DNA from: Eledone cirrhosa
Lineage: Eukaryota
Direction: 5' to 3'
DNA: 64,000 nt
Assembly (NCBI GenBank): GCA_964016885.1
Contig: OZ024741.1
Location: forward strand, 339,264,001-339,328,000
The stretch's first letter is position 1. Every line of letters begins with the position of its first letter. Below, piece by piece: positions 1 to 15,533 of the stretch. The translations under genes and the position numbers were made by a program. The notes beneath the pieces were generated by a model that was given only the letters and a program-made list of their open reading frames with translations, was not told the origin of the DNA and did not search any database.

Positions 1-6
1 TCTCTC

Positions 7-75
<69 letters not shown>

Positions 76-284
76 ATATATACATATGTGTGTGTGTATG
101 AGTGTAGAAGTGTGTGTGTCTCTCTTCCTCTCTCTGTACTTTTTATATTTATTTTTGTCAACTTTTAGATTTTTTTAATTCAGTTTAAAGAATAATTTTT
201 GTATTGTATTATTTTGTTCTGTTATTTTTTTATTTGTATTTTTAATTCTATTTCTTTTTACTTATTATTTATTTATTGATTGAT

Positions 285-1222
285 TTCTTCTTCTTCTTCT
301 TCTTCTTCTTCTTCTTCTTCTTCTTCTTCTTCTTCTTCTTCTTCTTCTTCTTCTTCTTCTTCGTCTATCCCTAGCTGGTGCTGACCTTGGTACTGACCTT
401 AGCATGGTCAAGGTCGAGGCGCTGCGATTACAGGTCCTCCTCAATTTATTTCGCCCAATTCTTCTTCGGTGCGCTGCGCAGTATTTTCCGGTGCATGGGA
501 TGCTGTTGTGACACAAGTTGGTGTGTTAGTCTTCTGGTGCTCATCCTGCTGGCGTGGCCAAGCCACTGTAGCCTGCGTTGCTGAATTTGGTCTTCAATGG
601 TCGACTGCTGCTGGTATTGTTCTCGGATGTTGCTGTTTGAAATTCGGTCGTGCCAAGGATCTGACGAAGATATAGCATTTGGAACACCTCCAGCTTATTC
701 AGGTCTTGTAGAGGACAGATAGAACCAGCATGCGGAAAAGACGGATATTGATCCATAGAGAGATATGAGGCTTCTTCCAGACACACCATCGAAGGGATCC
801 AAATATAGAAGTCGCAGACCCCATTCGCCAGTTGATCTCTGCTGTTGATGTCACCTTTTTCTCTGCAACCAGTGAGCCGAGATATTGATCCATAGGGAAA
901 TATGAGGCTTCTTCCACACACACCATCGAAGAAATCCAAATGTAGAAATCGCAGACCCAATACGGCAGTTGATCTCTGCTGTTGATTCCCCCATTTTCTC
1001 TGCAACCAGTGAGCCGAGATATTGATCCATAGGGAAATATAAGGCTTCTTCCACACAGACTATCGAAGGGATCCAAATGTAGAAATCGCAGACCCAATAC
1101 GGCAGTTGATCTCTGCTGTTGATTCCACCGTTTTCTCTACAACCAGTGAGCCGAGATATTTGAACTCCCTGGCCTGCACAATCTAAATACCATCAAGATG
1201 TACAATGCCAGTGAACCATCTA
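285..1222 (-). mobile_element. 3' fragment of an RTE-type LINE (RT C-terminal region) with (GAA)n tail
   Basis: Minus-strand translation gives VHLDGI*IVQAREFKYLGSLV, AEINCRIGSAISTFGFLRWCVWKKPHISL and DLNKLEVFQMLYLRQILG, typical of RTE ORF2 after the RT core; stops and frameshifts present; ends in the (TTC)n tract at 285-362. Confidence 0.8.
744..1154. repeat. Three tandem 137-bp units inside the LINE fragment
   Basis: GATATT recurs at 744, 881, 1018 and 1155; the units align along their length. Confidence 0.95.
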
Positions 1223-1330
1223 CGGAACTGATCAAGGCTGGAGGCACAGTGCTGCTTGAAATATTCCTTGCGCTCATCCAACTCTTATGGCGATCAGACA
1301 GAATACCTTCGAGATGGAATTAAAGGATTA
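1222..1330 (+). mobile_element. LINE RT N-terminal segment in opposite orientation to the adjacent fragment
   Basis: Plus-strand translation TELIKAGGTVLLEIFLALIQLLWRSDRIPSRW resembles the segment that precedes RT motif 1 in non-LTR ORF2 proteins. Confidence 0.7.
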
Positions 1331-1524
1331 AGGGTACACGTGTCAGTGAAATACCCAGCCACTTGCAATGGCCTGAGATGTTTTAAGAAGAATATGGTAC
1401 CTGTGAATTGTAACGACGATACTAAATACAAATTGGGACATGAAATTGTAACTGAATGATTATCGTTGTAACAGACGAAGAACCAATTTAATTCAAGATG
1501 TGCTTATATGTATGTACGTATGTG

Positions 1525-1556
<32 letters not shown>

Positions 1557-1693
1557 TGTATGTATGTATGTATGTATGTATGTAGGTAGGTATATATACA
1601 TATATGTATCATTATGTGTCCTTATGTCCATCCGTATATATGTTTTTACTGCACTACATGGGCTCAACTTCTTCGTTAGCTCCACTTGTGTGT

Positions 1694-1725
<32 letters not shown>

Positions 1726-1762
1726 TCAACACTACATGAGGACACTGTTCGTTAGCTCCACT

Positions 1763-1840
<78 letters not shown>

Positions 1841-2203
1841 ATACACACACATATACACACACACAACACTACGTGAGATCTGTCTGTTCGTTAGCTACAC
1901 TTGTGTGTACGAAGACATGATTCGGAAACAGAAAATTCTGCCTTCACAATATTTCTCAACTTTTTTTTATAATTTGTATTTAATTATATTTTTATATATT
2001 TCATTGATATATTTTTACATTTTATTTTAACAATTTACATTTTATTTTGTAGATAATTTTTATATGTAATTTTTATATCATATGTCATTTTTATATATAT
2101 TTTTTATTTTTGTTATATTAAGTATTCTTATATTATTTTATTTTTTATTTTTTTATATACATATATATATGTGATAGATATATAATATATATATATATAA
2201 TAC

Positions 2204-2297
<94 letters not shown>

Positions 2298-2298
2298 C

Positions 2299-2329
<31 letters not shown>

Positions 2330-2539
2330 GTATATTATGTATATACATTATTTATATTTGTATATTTTATTATATACTTTATGATATATTTTTTTTTATC
2401 ACCTTTCTCTGCTTAATATTTCTTTTAATCTTTCATTTATATATTCCGTGTATTATTAAATTATTTATATACATCTTTACTATTCTTCCCAAAACATATT
2501 GACTCGTACACATTCACATACATGCACCACACACACAAA

Positions 2540-3900
<1,361 letters not shown>

Positions 3901-4784
3901 TTCAGTCAGACCTTATCTTTATCTTTCCTAACATTTCCCGCGACAGTCAGCCATTCAACCATCAAGCAAGATATTACAACACCTCAACAACAACAGACGG
4001 ACGTTCATTGTTCTCTTCCCCGGCTTATACACAACACAAACTCTTGTAAACCTAAAAAAAGGGATGATATATAAACACACATACATAAACAAATATACAA
4101 CTACTGAATTATAAGTCCTTTAATTTTCTAATTAAAAAAATAAATACATTTTTCGTTTTTTAATCCATCCTCTGGAGACCGGGGTGAACACCAAATAAAA
4201 ACAACATAACTTAAACTAATTTTTTTAGCAAATAATTTTAATTTTTTAGCTACGTTTTTTACTTATTTTTCCATATTTTGAGGCTAGCTTACACGATCTC
4301 TCGATTAATAACACAAGGAATGCTGGTGCTGCCTTCTAAAACAGAAAAGACAGGTACTCTTAATTACAAAATATAACAGGGAATGCTGCTGTTGCCTTCT
4401 AAATATTTTTGAGGCATAAAGGTAAGCAACTTTAAGATCTTTTTTTTCTTATAACACCTGAAATTTCATTCGTTTAGTTTTAATTATTTCCTTATCTCAT
4501 TTGTTTATCTCAACCTTTCCTACATTCATATATATCCTAACTTTTCCCACATTCATATATCTCAATTTTTCCTACATTCATACATCTCTCAACTTTTCCT
4601 ACATTCATATATATTCCAGATTTTCCCACATTCATATACCTCCCAACTTTTCCTACATTCACATATATATATATATATATCCCAACTTTTCCTATATTCA
4701 CTCTCTATTTACAAACTTCAAAATCTGCTGGAATTATATTTAACATAACTATTACAGCGTGGAAAAGTCATTTTTGGTCATTTT

Positions 4785-4902
<118 letters not shown>

Positions 4903-4974
4903 AACACACACATTGACAAAATTAACTTAACATTTTTATTTTCATTTCCTTCATTCATTTGTTCGAGTCTGTGC

Positions 4975-6315
4975 GAGTATGTATATTTAGTTTTGTGTGT
5001 GTGTGTATATTTAGTTTTGTGTGTGTGTGTATATTTAGTTTTGTGTGTCTGTGTATATTTAGTTTTGTGTGTGTGTGTATATTTAGTTTTGTGTGTGTGT
5101 GTATATTTAGTTTTGTGTGTCTGTGTATATTTAGTTTTGTGTGTGTGTGTATATTTAGTTTTGTGTGCGTGTGTATATTTAGTTTTGTGTGTGTGTGTAT
5201 ATTTAGTTTTGTGTGGGTGTGTATATTTAGTTTTGTGTGCGTGTGTATATTTAGTTTTGTGTGCGTGTGTATATTTAGTTTTGTGTGTGTGTGTATATTT
5301 AGTTTTGTGTGCGTGTGTATATTTAGTTTTGTGTGTGTGTGTATATTTAGTTTTGTGTGTGTGTGTATATTTAGTTTTGTGTGCGTGTGTATATTTAGTT
5401 TTGTGTGTGTGTGTATATTTAGTTTTGTATGCGTGTGTATATTTAGTTTTGTCTCCGTGTGTATATTTAGTTTTGTGTGCGTGTGTATATTTAGTTTTGT
5501 GTGTGTGTGTATATTTAGTTTTGTGTGCGTGTGTATATTTAGTTTTGTGTGCGTGTGTATATTTAGTTTTGTGTGCGTGTGTATATTTAGTTTTGTGTGC
5601 GTGTGTATATTTAGTTTTGTGTGTGTGTGTATATTTAGTTTTGTGTGCGTGTGTATATTTAGTTTTGTGTGTGTGTGTATATTTAGTTTTGTGTGCGTGT
5701 GTATATTTAGTTTTGTGTGTGTGTGTATATTTAGTTTTGTGTGTGTGTGTATATTTAGTTTTGTGTGTGTGTGTATATTTAGTTTTGTGTGTGTGTGTAT
5801 ATTTAGTTTTGTGTGTCTGTGTATATTTAGTTTTGTGTGTGTGTGTATATTTAGTTTTGTCTGCGTGTGTATATTTAGTTTTGTGTGCGTGTGTATATTT
5901 AGTTTTGGGTGCGTGTGTATATTTAGTTTTGTGTGCGTGTGTATATTTAGTTTTGTGTGCGTGTGTATATTTAGTTTTGTGTGCGTGTGTATATTTAGTT
6001 TTGTGTGTGTGTGTATATTTAGTTTTGTGTGCGTGTGTATATTTAGTTTTGTGTGCGGGTGTGTATATTTAGTTTTGTGTACGGGTGTGTACATTTAGTT
6101 TTGTGTGCGGGTGTGTATATTTAATTTTGTGTGCGTGTGTATATTTAATTTTGTGTGCGTGTGTATATTTAGTTTTGTGTGCGGGTGTGTATATTTAATT
6201 TTGTGTGCGTGTGTATATTTAGTTTTGTGTGCGTATGTATATTTAGTTTTGTGTGCGTATGTGTATATTTAGTTTTGTGTGCGTGTGTGCATGTGTGTAT
6301 ATTTAGTTTTGTGTG
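4975..6315. repeat. 24-bp minisatellite GTATATTTAGTTTTGTGTGYGTGT, about 55 copies
   Basis: Period 24 (4981, 5005, ...), matching the 8-aa repeat of the spurious ORFs; some 26-bp units toward the right end. Confidence 0.97.
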
Positions 6316-6417
6316 CATATTAAATTTTGTGTATGTATGTAGATGTGTGTTTGTGTATATGTGTATGTATATGTGTGTGTTTGTGTATGCAGATGTTTGT
6401 TTGTGTATGTGTGTGTT

Positions 6418-6472
<55 letters not shown>

Positions 6473-6679
6473 GTGTGTGTATGTGTGTGTGTGTGTATAT
6501 GCATTTAGTCTCACGCCACTCTTCCCACATTTCACACCGTGTTGCTGTTTATCGTACCTTCTCATATCTCGGTTGGATTCAGTTGAACACAGTACACACA
6601 TTTACAAATTCACACACACTACGCTTACATACACTACACACACACACTACGCTTACAGACACTACACATACACACACAG

Positions 6680-6825
<146 letters not shown>

Positions 6826-7149
6826 CACATACAGACACAGATACTCACACATTGGTAGATACATGCACACATAGATACCTTGACTTACGCACACCACACA
6901 TCATATTTATAAGGTAGATACACACACATAGATACAGACATATACAAACACCACGCATGCCACACACACTTTGACACATACAGATACACACCTCACGGAC
7001 CACACACACACACCTGAACTTATAAGGCGGCGAATTGACAGTCAATAGAAAGTTGGACAAAATACTTTCTTTTTTTTCCTCTTTTTCTTTTTCTTCATCT
7101 TTTTTCCTTTTCTTTTTTCTCCTTGAGAATTTCGTTGCGATTCTTTAGA

Positions 7150-7290
7150 TTCGGAGTTTAAATTCCACCGATGTCAACTTTGTTTTCTATCCTTTTTAAG
7201 AGTCGATAAATAAAAATACCAGACAAGTACTGAGGGCGATATAACGGACTTCCCTCTCCCAAAACTGGTGGCCTTGTGCATAAATTATCA
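7150..7290 (+). mobile_element. Diverged SINE family A fragment
   Basis: Matches the GAGTTCAAATCC..GTCGATAAAATAAAGTACCAG..GGCCTTGTGC core seen in many copies in this window. Confidence 0.75.
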
Positions 7291-7695
7291 TATTAGATTT
7301 ATGCTATAATATCGGAGAAAACTGTTGTTTTTAAGGCGAGGGGTTCACACGGTATTGGGGACGGAGAGGGGATTGAGTCGGCCGTAGCCAGGGGCCCCAA
7401 CAATATTTAAAGGACCCCAAATTAATCATTACAAAAAAAAACATAAATGATATATTTGTCTGACCGCTCGAGCCCCGATGGAATTTTCAATCATGGGATC
7501 TCTGCAAGCTCCATCCGCCCCTAGTTTGTATATATATATATATATATGTATATGTGTGTGTGTATAATATATATATATATATATTATACACACACACACA
7601 TATATCTATATCATACATACACAAATGTTCTACATCGTAAAAGTAGGATTTATTAATCATTTTAGAACCCACCTTGTTTCATTTTAGTTTTTCAT

Positions 7696-7795
<100 letters not shown>

Positions 7796-7984
7796 ATAAA
7801 TGTGAGTTGTGGATAGATCTGGCTGCTATTTCTAGCATATCTAGTGACGATGTATGATACAAGCTTCATTGGTATTTTGTTTGATGTAACTTTTGGATGA
7901 AAGAGACAGACAGAAAGAAGGAAAGATGAACGAGTTTAGATGAGAAAATGAAAAGAAAATATGACGTTCGCGTGTCCTGTTAGT

Positions 7985-8258
7985 TCTACAATGTGGACTT
8001 AGTGCCCTGTGTTACCCCTACACTGGGTTCCTAGTGCCCTGTGTTAGACCGAGCGTCTGTGTTAGCGTTACACTGAGTATCTAGTGCCTTGTGTTATTCC
8101 TAAGATGGGTACCTAGCATCCTGTGTTAACCTTACAATGTGTACCTAGCACCCAGTATTAACCCGACAATCTGTATCTAGCGCTCTGTATTAACCCTACA
8201 ATGTGTACCTATTGCCTTGTGTTAGCCCTATATTGTGTAGCCCTATAATGTGTACCCA
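7985..8258. repeat. Degenerate ~32-bp tandem repeat, about 8 copies
   Basis: Consensus close to CCCTACAATGTGTACCTAGCGCCCTGTGTTAA. Confidence 0.85.
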
Positions 8259-8314
8259 CTTCCTTCTGTCATGCACCCCATTTTCCTAAATGAAATATAC
8301 ACAGCAAAGATGGT

Positions 8315-8725
<411 letters not shown>

Positions 8726-9716
8726 TCGCAAGAATTTGGTCAATTTAGTTGTAATGATTAGTTTAGCTCTTTACACTCTAAAATGGTCAGATAACTTCGA
8801 TAAGCGATAAAAATAACATGTACATAAATTGTAGCGTATATCCAAATAGATGTGTGTTTTGGTAGTTTTGGGAGAAAAATATAATTATTGGGGGAACCAT
8901 GGTCCCTCTTCCCCAGTTCCACCGCCCCTGTACTTTCATCATTTTCTGTCGTTTTACTCCCCAACACCTTTATTTCCTTCACATGTACATTTTTTCCCAC
9001 ATGTCCCTTCTATGTGTCATTTTATTACATTGTCTCCTGTTTGATTTTCTTGTTTCTCTCTATACATTTCTCACTTTCTATATGTCTCTCTTTCTATCTC
9101 TTTCAGTCTATCTTGATTCCTTTCTCTTTTCCTTCCTCCTTCCTTCTTCGTCTTTGTTTCATCTTTTCTTTTTCTTTTCCCCTTTCAGTACCTCTTTCTT
9201 TCCTATCAGTCTTACCCTCCCTTTCATTCATTCATTTTCCTTTCATTATCTCCTTCATTCAATCACCCTCTCCCCTTTTCTTACTCAGTCCTCGCATTAT
9301 ATTTTCTCTTTTCATTCCTTTCTTTCTTACCATCCTTCTAATCATCGATTTTACGTCAACTATTCCATACTGGCATGGGTTGGATGGGATATTTCGAGGC
9401 CATGTTTTACAGCCGGATGCCCTTCCTCAAACCGACTTTTTTTTAGTCATTTCTTATGTCAAGTACAGGTACAGTGTATCTATTTTAAACCAGATAGGCA
9501 TTCAACACTCTACCAACTAGTATTGAGTGCTCACTCAGTTGATGTTGGAATGTTTTAAATACTGCGCTATTTTAAACACATATTTACTTTATTTGACCCT
9601 CACAAATAATTTCTTGTTTCTTTCTCTCCTTATTGAGATGGTGATAAACTCCAGTTCTGTAACCACCTTTATAAAAGAAAATCTGTCTAAAGGATTTCAT
9701 ATATATATATACACAC

Positions 9717-9831
<115 letters not shown>

Positions 9832-9886
9832 TACACACATACACACACATATATATATATATATTTATATATATATATACACACAC

Positions 9887-9966
<80 letters not shown>

Positions 9967-10222
9967 AGAAGCAAAAAATTGCTTATTGTGATCCAGTTTT
10001 TGGTTAAGAAAGCCAGTTTCATGGATGGTTTCAACGTACGGTTAGGGGTAACTCCACAAGTTTGTAAGAATTCCGTTCAATCTTGGAGTATAAAGTATAA
10101 AAGAGAAAATTGAGTGGCTGCTATGTGCAGTATAGCAATATAAGGTTGCACTTACCAATGAAACGGTCGTAAATACCTGGATTAAATCCTTCTCTTAATG
10201 CTTACCTGTGTTTTCTCTTTTA

Positions 10223-10273
<51 letters not shown>

Positions 10274-10485
10274 TACACACACACATATATATATATATTT
10301 ATATATATATACACACATCATCATCATCATTTAACGTCCGCTTTTCCCTGTTTGCAAGAGTGGGACATATATATATATATATATACACACACACATATAT
10401 ATATAGGAAAAAGCAAGAACGGGGGAGGGGGGGGGGTCCTCATCAGTTGTCTACTGCGGTTCTCGGATATTTCTATACATACATG

Positions 10486-10534
<49 letters not shown>

Positions 10535-10536
<2 letters not shown>

Positions 10537-10719
10537 GTTATTCCGGGTTGAATCGGAGGTAACCACAGTAAGTAAGGTACTCAATACATAGCAGAGTATA
10601 ACAGTTTTAATATAGATGAGATTCTACAGGACTAGAACTGTTTCATTCATTAGAAATCATCATGATTTCTAATGAATGAAACAGTTCTAGTCCTGTAGAA
10701 TCTCATCTATATTAAAACT
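10535..10719 (-). mobile_element. Penelope-like terminal fragment with perfect 58-bp-arm palindrome derived from a hammerhead
   Basis: Arms 10603-10660 and 10662-10719; GAAA-CAG-loop-CTG-TA; TATTGAGTAC on minus at 10577-10586; flanked by (TA)n; the terminal ~50 bp recurs at 17901-17948. Confidence 0.7.
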
Positions 10720-11496
10720 ATATATATATATATATATATATACACATACATATATATATAGGTATATATGTATATTTATATATACATATACACACACACA
10801 TGCGCACAACGGGTTTCTGCAGTTTCCATTTAACAAATTCCACTCACAAGGCATTGGCCCAAGATACTATGTAGAGGGACTTAATCCAAACCATATGGTT
10901 GCAACATTCTTAACCACATAGCCATGATTATATAATGCAAATGGTTAATAACTTTCTGAAACATTTCAATATTATATTAATACATGTAAAAATGATGGAA
11001 AAGGTGATCAAGTATGTTAGAGAAATTGGACCACATGTTTTATGCTGGTCATTCACACAGGTCGCTACACCAAAATCACCTCATGGATTTTAAACAACTG
11101 TGGTCTATCTAAATGTTTAGCAGGACTAACTGCAATTGTTGATCTTTGTGTGTGTGTGTGTATGTATGTAAAACCAGTGGGAGTGAAGGATCCCTAGCCT
11201 TTGTCGGGGCATTCTAGGAGAAGGCAACTCAGGAAACTGGGATAACTTCAACATAAAACCTGTGGCTCAGTAGTTACCGATGATGTTGATCTTTTCTTCT
11301 TTTCGGGTTATAGATACTGTTGCTCAGAGAGTGGGATTGGCTCAGTGCACAGTCTTTCCTCACTTTAAAAAGAATATTCACGTACAGGCATTGCACGATA
11401 GAATTAATTAATAATTATTAATAATGATATACCGTGCAATGGCCATACTCGATAATGAGGGGGCAGCCATCATGTATATATAGAGGTATGTGTGTG

Positions 11497-11608
<112 letters not shown>

Positions 11609-12104
11609 CATATATAGAATTAGGATTTAGCTTTGAGCATAGCTGTATACAGATATGTATTGGAATTTCGTATTTCTAAAGAAATATGGTATGTTTATAA
11701 ATAAACATTTAGAAAGCCATAGCTTTGCAAAAACAGCAACGGCTGTTGCCACCTGCTGTTGTCCAGCAGAAGCAAGGATGACAATATATATGATGTAACA
11801 AATGAAATCACTCAACTTTATGCAAATCATCCATGGTAGATGTGGTTGGTGCAGGAACAGAATAAAGTATTAATTAAAACAACATAAGGAAAACTTACTG
11901 CTCTATCATCCAAGACTAGGCTATTTCATCAGGTGTTATTTGCAGAATTATGTAACAGCAATATGTTGAACCCAAACATAGAATAGAAGATAGGAGATGG
12001 AACAAAAATAGATAGAAAATAGAAAATTCGATTTGGAAACAGTCTGCAAATATGGTGTCATATCGATAGATTTAAAATTCTAAAGTAAATTTTCCAGTCT
12101 GGCC

Positions 12105-12187
<83 letters not shown>

Positions 12188-12220
12188 GTATATGTATATA
12201 TATATATGTATAAATATATG

Positions 12221-12251
<31 letters not shown>

Positions 12252-12954
12252 GTATATATATATGTGTATGTATATATATATATATGATGTTGACTTGTTC
12301 TTCTTTTTGGTAAATATCATCTTGGTTAAGAGAGTGGGACTGGCTTTGTGCAGTGCCTTTGCTCACTATAAAAGCTTCACGGCACAGGCGTTGCTTTATA
12401 TCTGGAGATCTCTCTGCACTTCTCGTCACATGGTACCATGGGCCCAGCACTATGTGTCAGTAATTGTCACAACTGTAGTGTTTGTACCAGAGTTTTCAAG
12501 TCGCTGGCTGGACTAAAAAGTCACACTCGTTCAGCGCATCAGTAGGGGTTCTCCTACATGGATATAAAGTAGTGGCCGTACACGAAAACGAGTTGGCAGC
12601 CACCATATATATATGTATATATATGTATATATATGTATATAAATGTATGTATAGATATATAGATATATATATATGTATATATATGTATATATGTATATAT
12701 ATATATGTATGTATATATATGTATATATGTATATATACATGTGTATGTATGTATATATATATGCATATATACGTAAATGTATGTATGTATATATATGTAT
12801 ATGTATATATGTATATGTATGTATATATATATATATGTGTATGTATATGTATATATATGTGTATGTATATGTATATATATATATGTATGTATATGTATGT
12901 ATATGTATGTATATATATATATATGTATATGTATATGTATATATATGTATACGT

Positions 12955-13151
12955 ATAGGAGAAAGTATGACCCCGACGGCAGAGCTCAAGCCGTTTTGAC
13001 GGCTATTTCTGAGTCCAAAAATGGCCGTCGAAACGGCTTGAGCTCTGCCGTCGGGGTCATACTTTATCCTATTACCCACTCTACTAGCCTAAGTATTGAG
13101 TACTCTGGTGCGTTATGGTCCATCTGGTTCCTTACCACAACTCCTTCGTTA
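12955..13151 (+). mobile_element. Palindromic Penelope-like short element, copy 1
   Basis: Near-perfect inverted repeat 12955-13072, then a unique tail with TATTGAGTAC (13094-13103), embedded in TA-rich microsatellite; second copy at 53892-54099. Confidence 0.75.
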
Positions 13152-13299
13152 TATGTATGTATATATATATATATGTACTTGTATATGTATATATATATAT
13201 ATGTATATGTATATGTATATATATATGTATATGTATATGTATATATATGTATATATATATGTATATGTATATATGTATATGTATATATATGTATATATA

Positions 13300-13340
<41 letters not shown>

Positions 13341-13674
13341 ATATGTATATATATGTATATGTATATGTATATATATATGTATATATATATGTATATATAT
13401 GTATATATATATGATAGAGAGAGGGAAGATAGATATACATATAATTATAGATACACATATTTATTTATATATATATATATACACACATATATATATACAC
13501 ATTTATATATATATATATATATATGTATGAACATATATATTATATATATATATATACACATTTATATATAAACATATATATTATATTTGGAGATGGTCAT
13601 ATCGCCAGTATTGTCCCAAAAAACACATGCACCATATGATTTTCACTTTTTTATTTTATTTTAACAGTTATTGG

Positions 13675-13725
<51 letters not shown>

Positions 13726-13852
13726 AAAGTTCTATTTAAATTGTTGGGATAGAACAAGCAAATATTTTTATAACTGATATAAAGCACTCAACAAGTATTT
13801 GGAGTAAACATACGATATTAACAAATGGAAACTATATTTATAAAACCATATT

Positions 13853-13917
13853 TATTTTATTATACATATTTCAAGGACACCACGTTAAATTATGGTGTGC
13901 TTTCATCAGACAAAATA
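13853..13917 (-). ncRNA. Type I hammerhead ribozyme, complete core
   Basis: Minus strand: TATTTTGT CTGATGA AAGCACACCA taatttaacg TGGTGTCCTT GAAA TATGTAT A ATAAAATA; 8-bp stem I, 10-bp stem II with one mismatch, near-palindromic stem III, AUA cleavage triplet. Confidence 0.82.
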
Positions 13918-14169
13918 CAAAATAGATCAGTTTTATAAATAAATATTGGCATACCCTTAAAAAATGCAACCATTACTGTTGGAAGCTCCCGGATAGTGGA
14001 GTTGTTTACTTATATTATTATTAGTATTGGATATTTTTATTTTTAAAATAAGTGTGTGTGTGTGTATGTATATATGCAAATATATATGTGATATATATAT
14101 GCAAATATATATGTGTATATATATATGCATATAACTGTATATACACATATATATATGTATATATACAAT

Positions 14170-14229
<60 letters not shown>

Positions 14230-14236
14230 ATTATAC

Positions 14237-14343
<107 letters not shown>

Positions 14344-14371
14344 TTTCATTAAGCAAAATTGTTACTTTTGT

Positions 14372-14409
14372 TACTCTGGAGTTTTGCCTGTTTATCACAA
14401 GGCCATCAG
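14372..14409 (-). pseudogene. Decayed hammerhead ribozyme
   Basis: CTGATG-GCCT..AGGC-AAAA-CTC-CA-GAG-TA: A9 missing and G12 changed to A; TATTGAGTAC nearby at 14441-14450. Confidence 0.45.
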
Positions 14410-14911
14410 ACTAGATGGTAGTGTTAAAACTCTACATCAGTATTGAGTACTCTTTTGTGTGTATGAAATAATTTACAACTCATGCTTATGTAGGTTTAGC
14501 TGGCCTTCTACTACGTTATATCTCATGAAGTTTTTTTATAAATGCTTATGAAATGAAACGTCTTACTTAAAAATCCCAATGCATATATATATAAATAAGT
14601 ATATATTTACACACACACATATATATATATATTTGTTTGTGTGTGTGTATTCTTACATATGAATATACACTTATTTTTATGCACATACACACACATTCAT
14701 TGAATAAAACCTGACTGCTCAAAATTGCATTCACTGAAAAACAAAATGACCAAATGACCTATTTCCAATGAAATTAACATTTGTTAATTATCGTATTTCC
14801 CTGTCGTCAAAGATGCTTCACCTTCGGGGACACACCCCTATTTTGACAACCAAAAATTTGAAAAACAATAATAAACAGAAATAAGGTTTATTTTCAACCT
14901 AAACAATAATT

Positions 14912-15093
14912 GTTTCTACTTTAGGCACAAGGCCAGCAATTATCTCAGTGCATTACTGGTACTTTATTTTATCGACCCCGTAAGGATGACAGGCAAAGTC
15001 AACCTCGGCAGGATTTGAACTCAGATCGTAAAAGGACGTAACTATGCTGGAAAGCATGGTGCCCGACCCTCCACCGATACTGCCAATCCACCC
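14912..15093 (-). mobile_element. tRNA-derived SINE family A
   Basis: Head GGTGGATTGGCAGTATCGGTGGAG, B box GAGTTCAAATCC, conserved central CCTTACGGGGTCGATAAAATAAAGTACCAG. Confidence 0.9.
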
Positions 15094-15355
15094 AATAATG
15101 ACATATAACCACAAATAATATGGTTTATAGCTCATTAGATCTACCCTATAATTTGACTGGTACTTAATGTATCAACCCATGAATGTTAAGTTGAGCACAG
15201 TAGTATTGCAAGAACTAAAGTGATGTATTTTAGGGCTACAGATAATTGTTTTACACTGCAAGAGTTCACTACATTATTGATTGCTCATTTATTATTTCAA
15301 ATGTAGACATATGACCAGAAATATTCAATGAATACTAGTTCTTGATGGATACTTG

Positions 15356-15533
15356 CCATGTATACTCGAATATAAGCCGAGGAATATGTGACCCCAAAAA
15401 TCAATGATAGAAGGGGGTCGGCTTATATTCAGGAGTCAATATTTAGACAATTTTCACCAACTTCAAATAAGGTTTGAATTTTTGCCCATTTCTCAGACAT
15501 AAAATAGTGGGATTAGCTTATATTTGAGTATAT
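15356..15533. mobile_element. Old MITE with Tc2/pogo-like termini
   Basis: TATACTCGAATATAAGCCGA on the left; inverted TCGGCTTATATTC (internal) and TTAGCTTATATTTGAGTATATA (right). Confidence 0.55.

Noticed and set aside
10108-10180. GAAACGGTCGTA preceded by a hairpin
   Set aside because: Looks like a hammerhead 3' half but lacks the CUGANGA box and stem I
10410-10470. Isolated CTGATGA boxes on the minus strand (also near 11926 and 60266)
   Set aside because: No matching GAAA and stem III; at most truncated remnants
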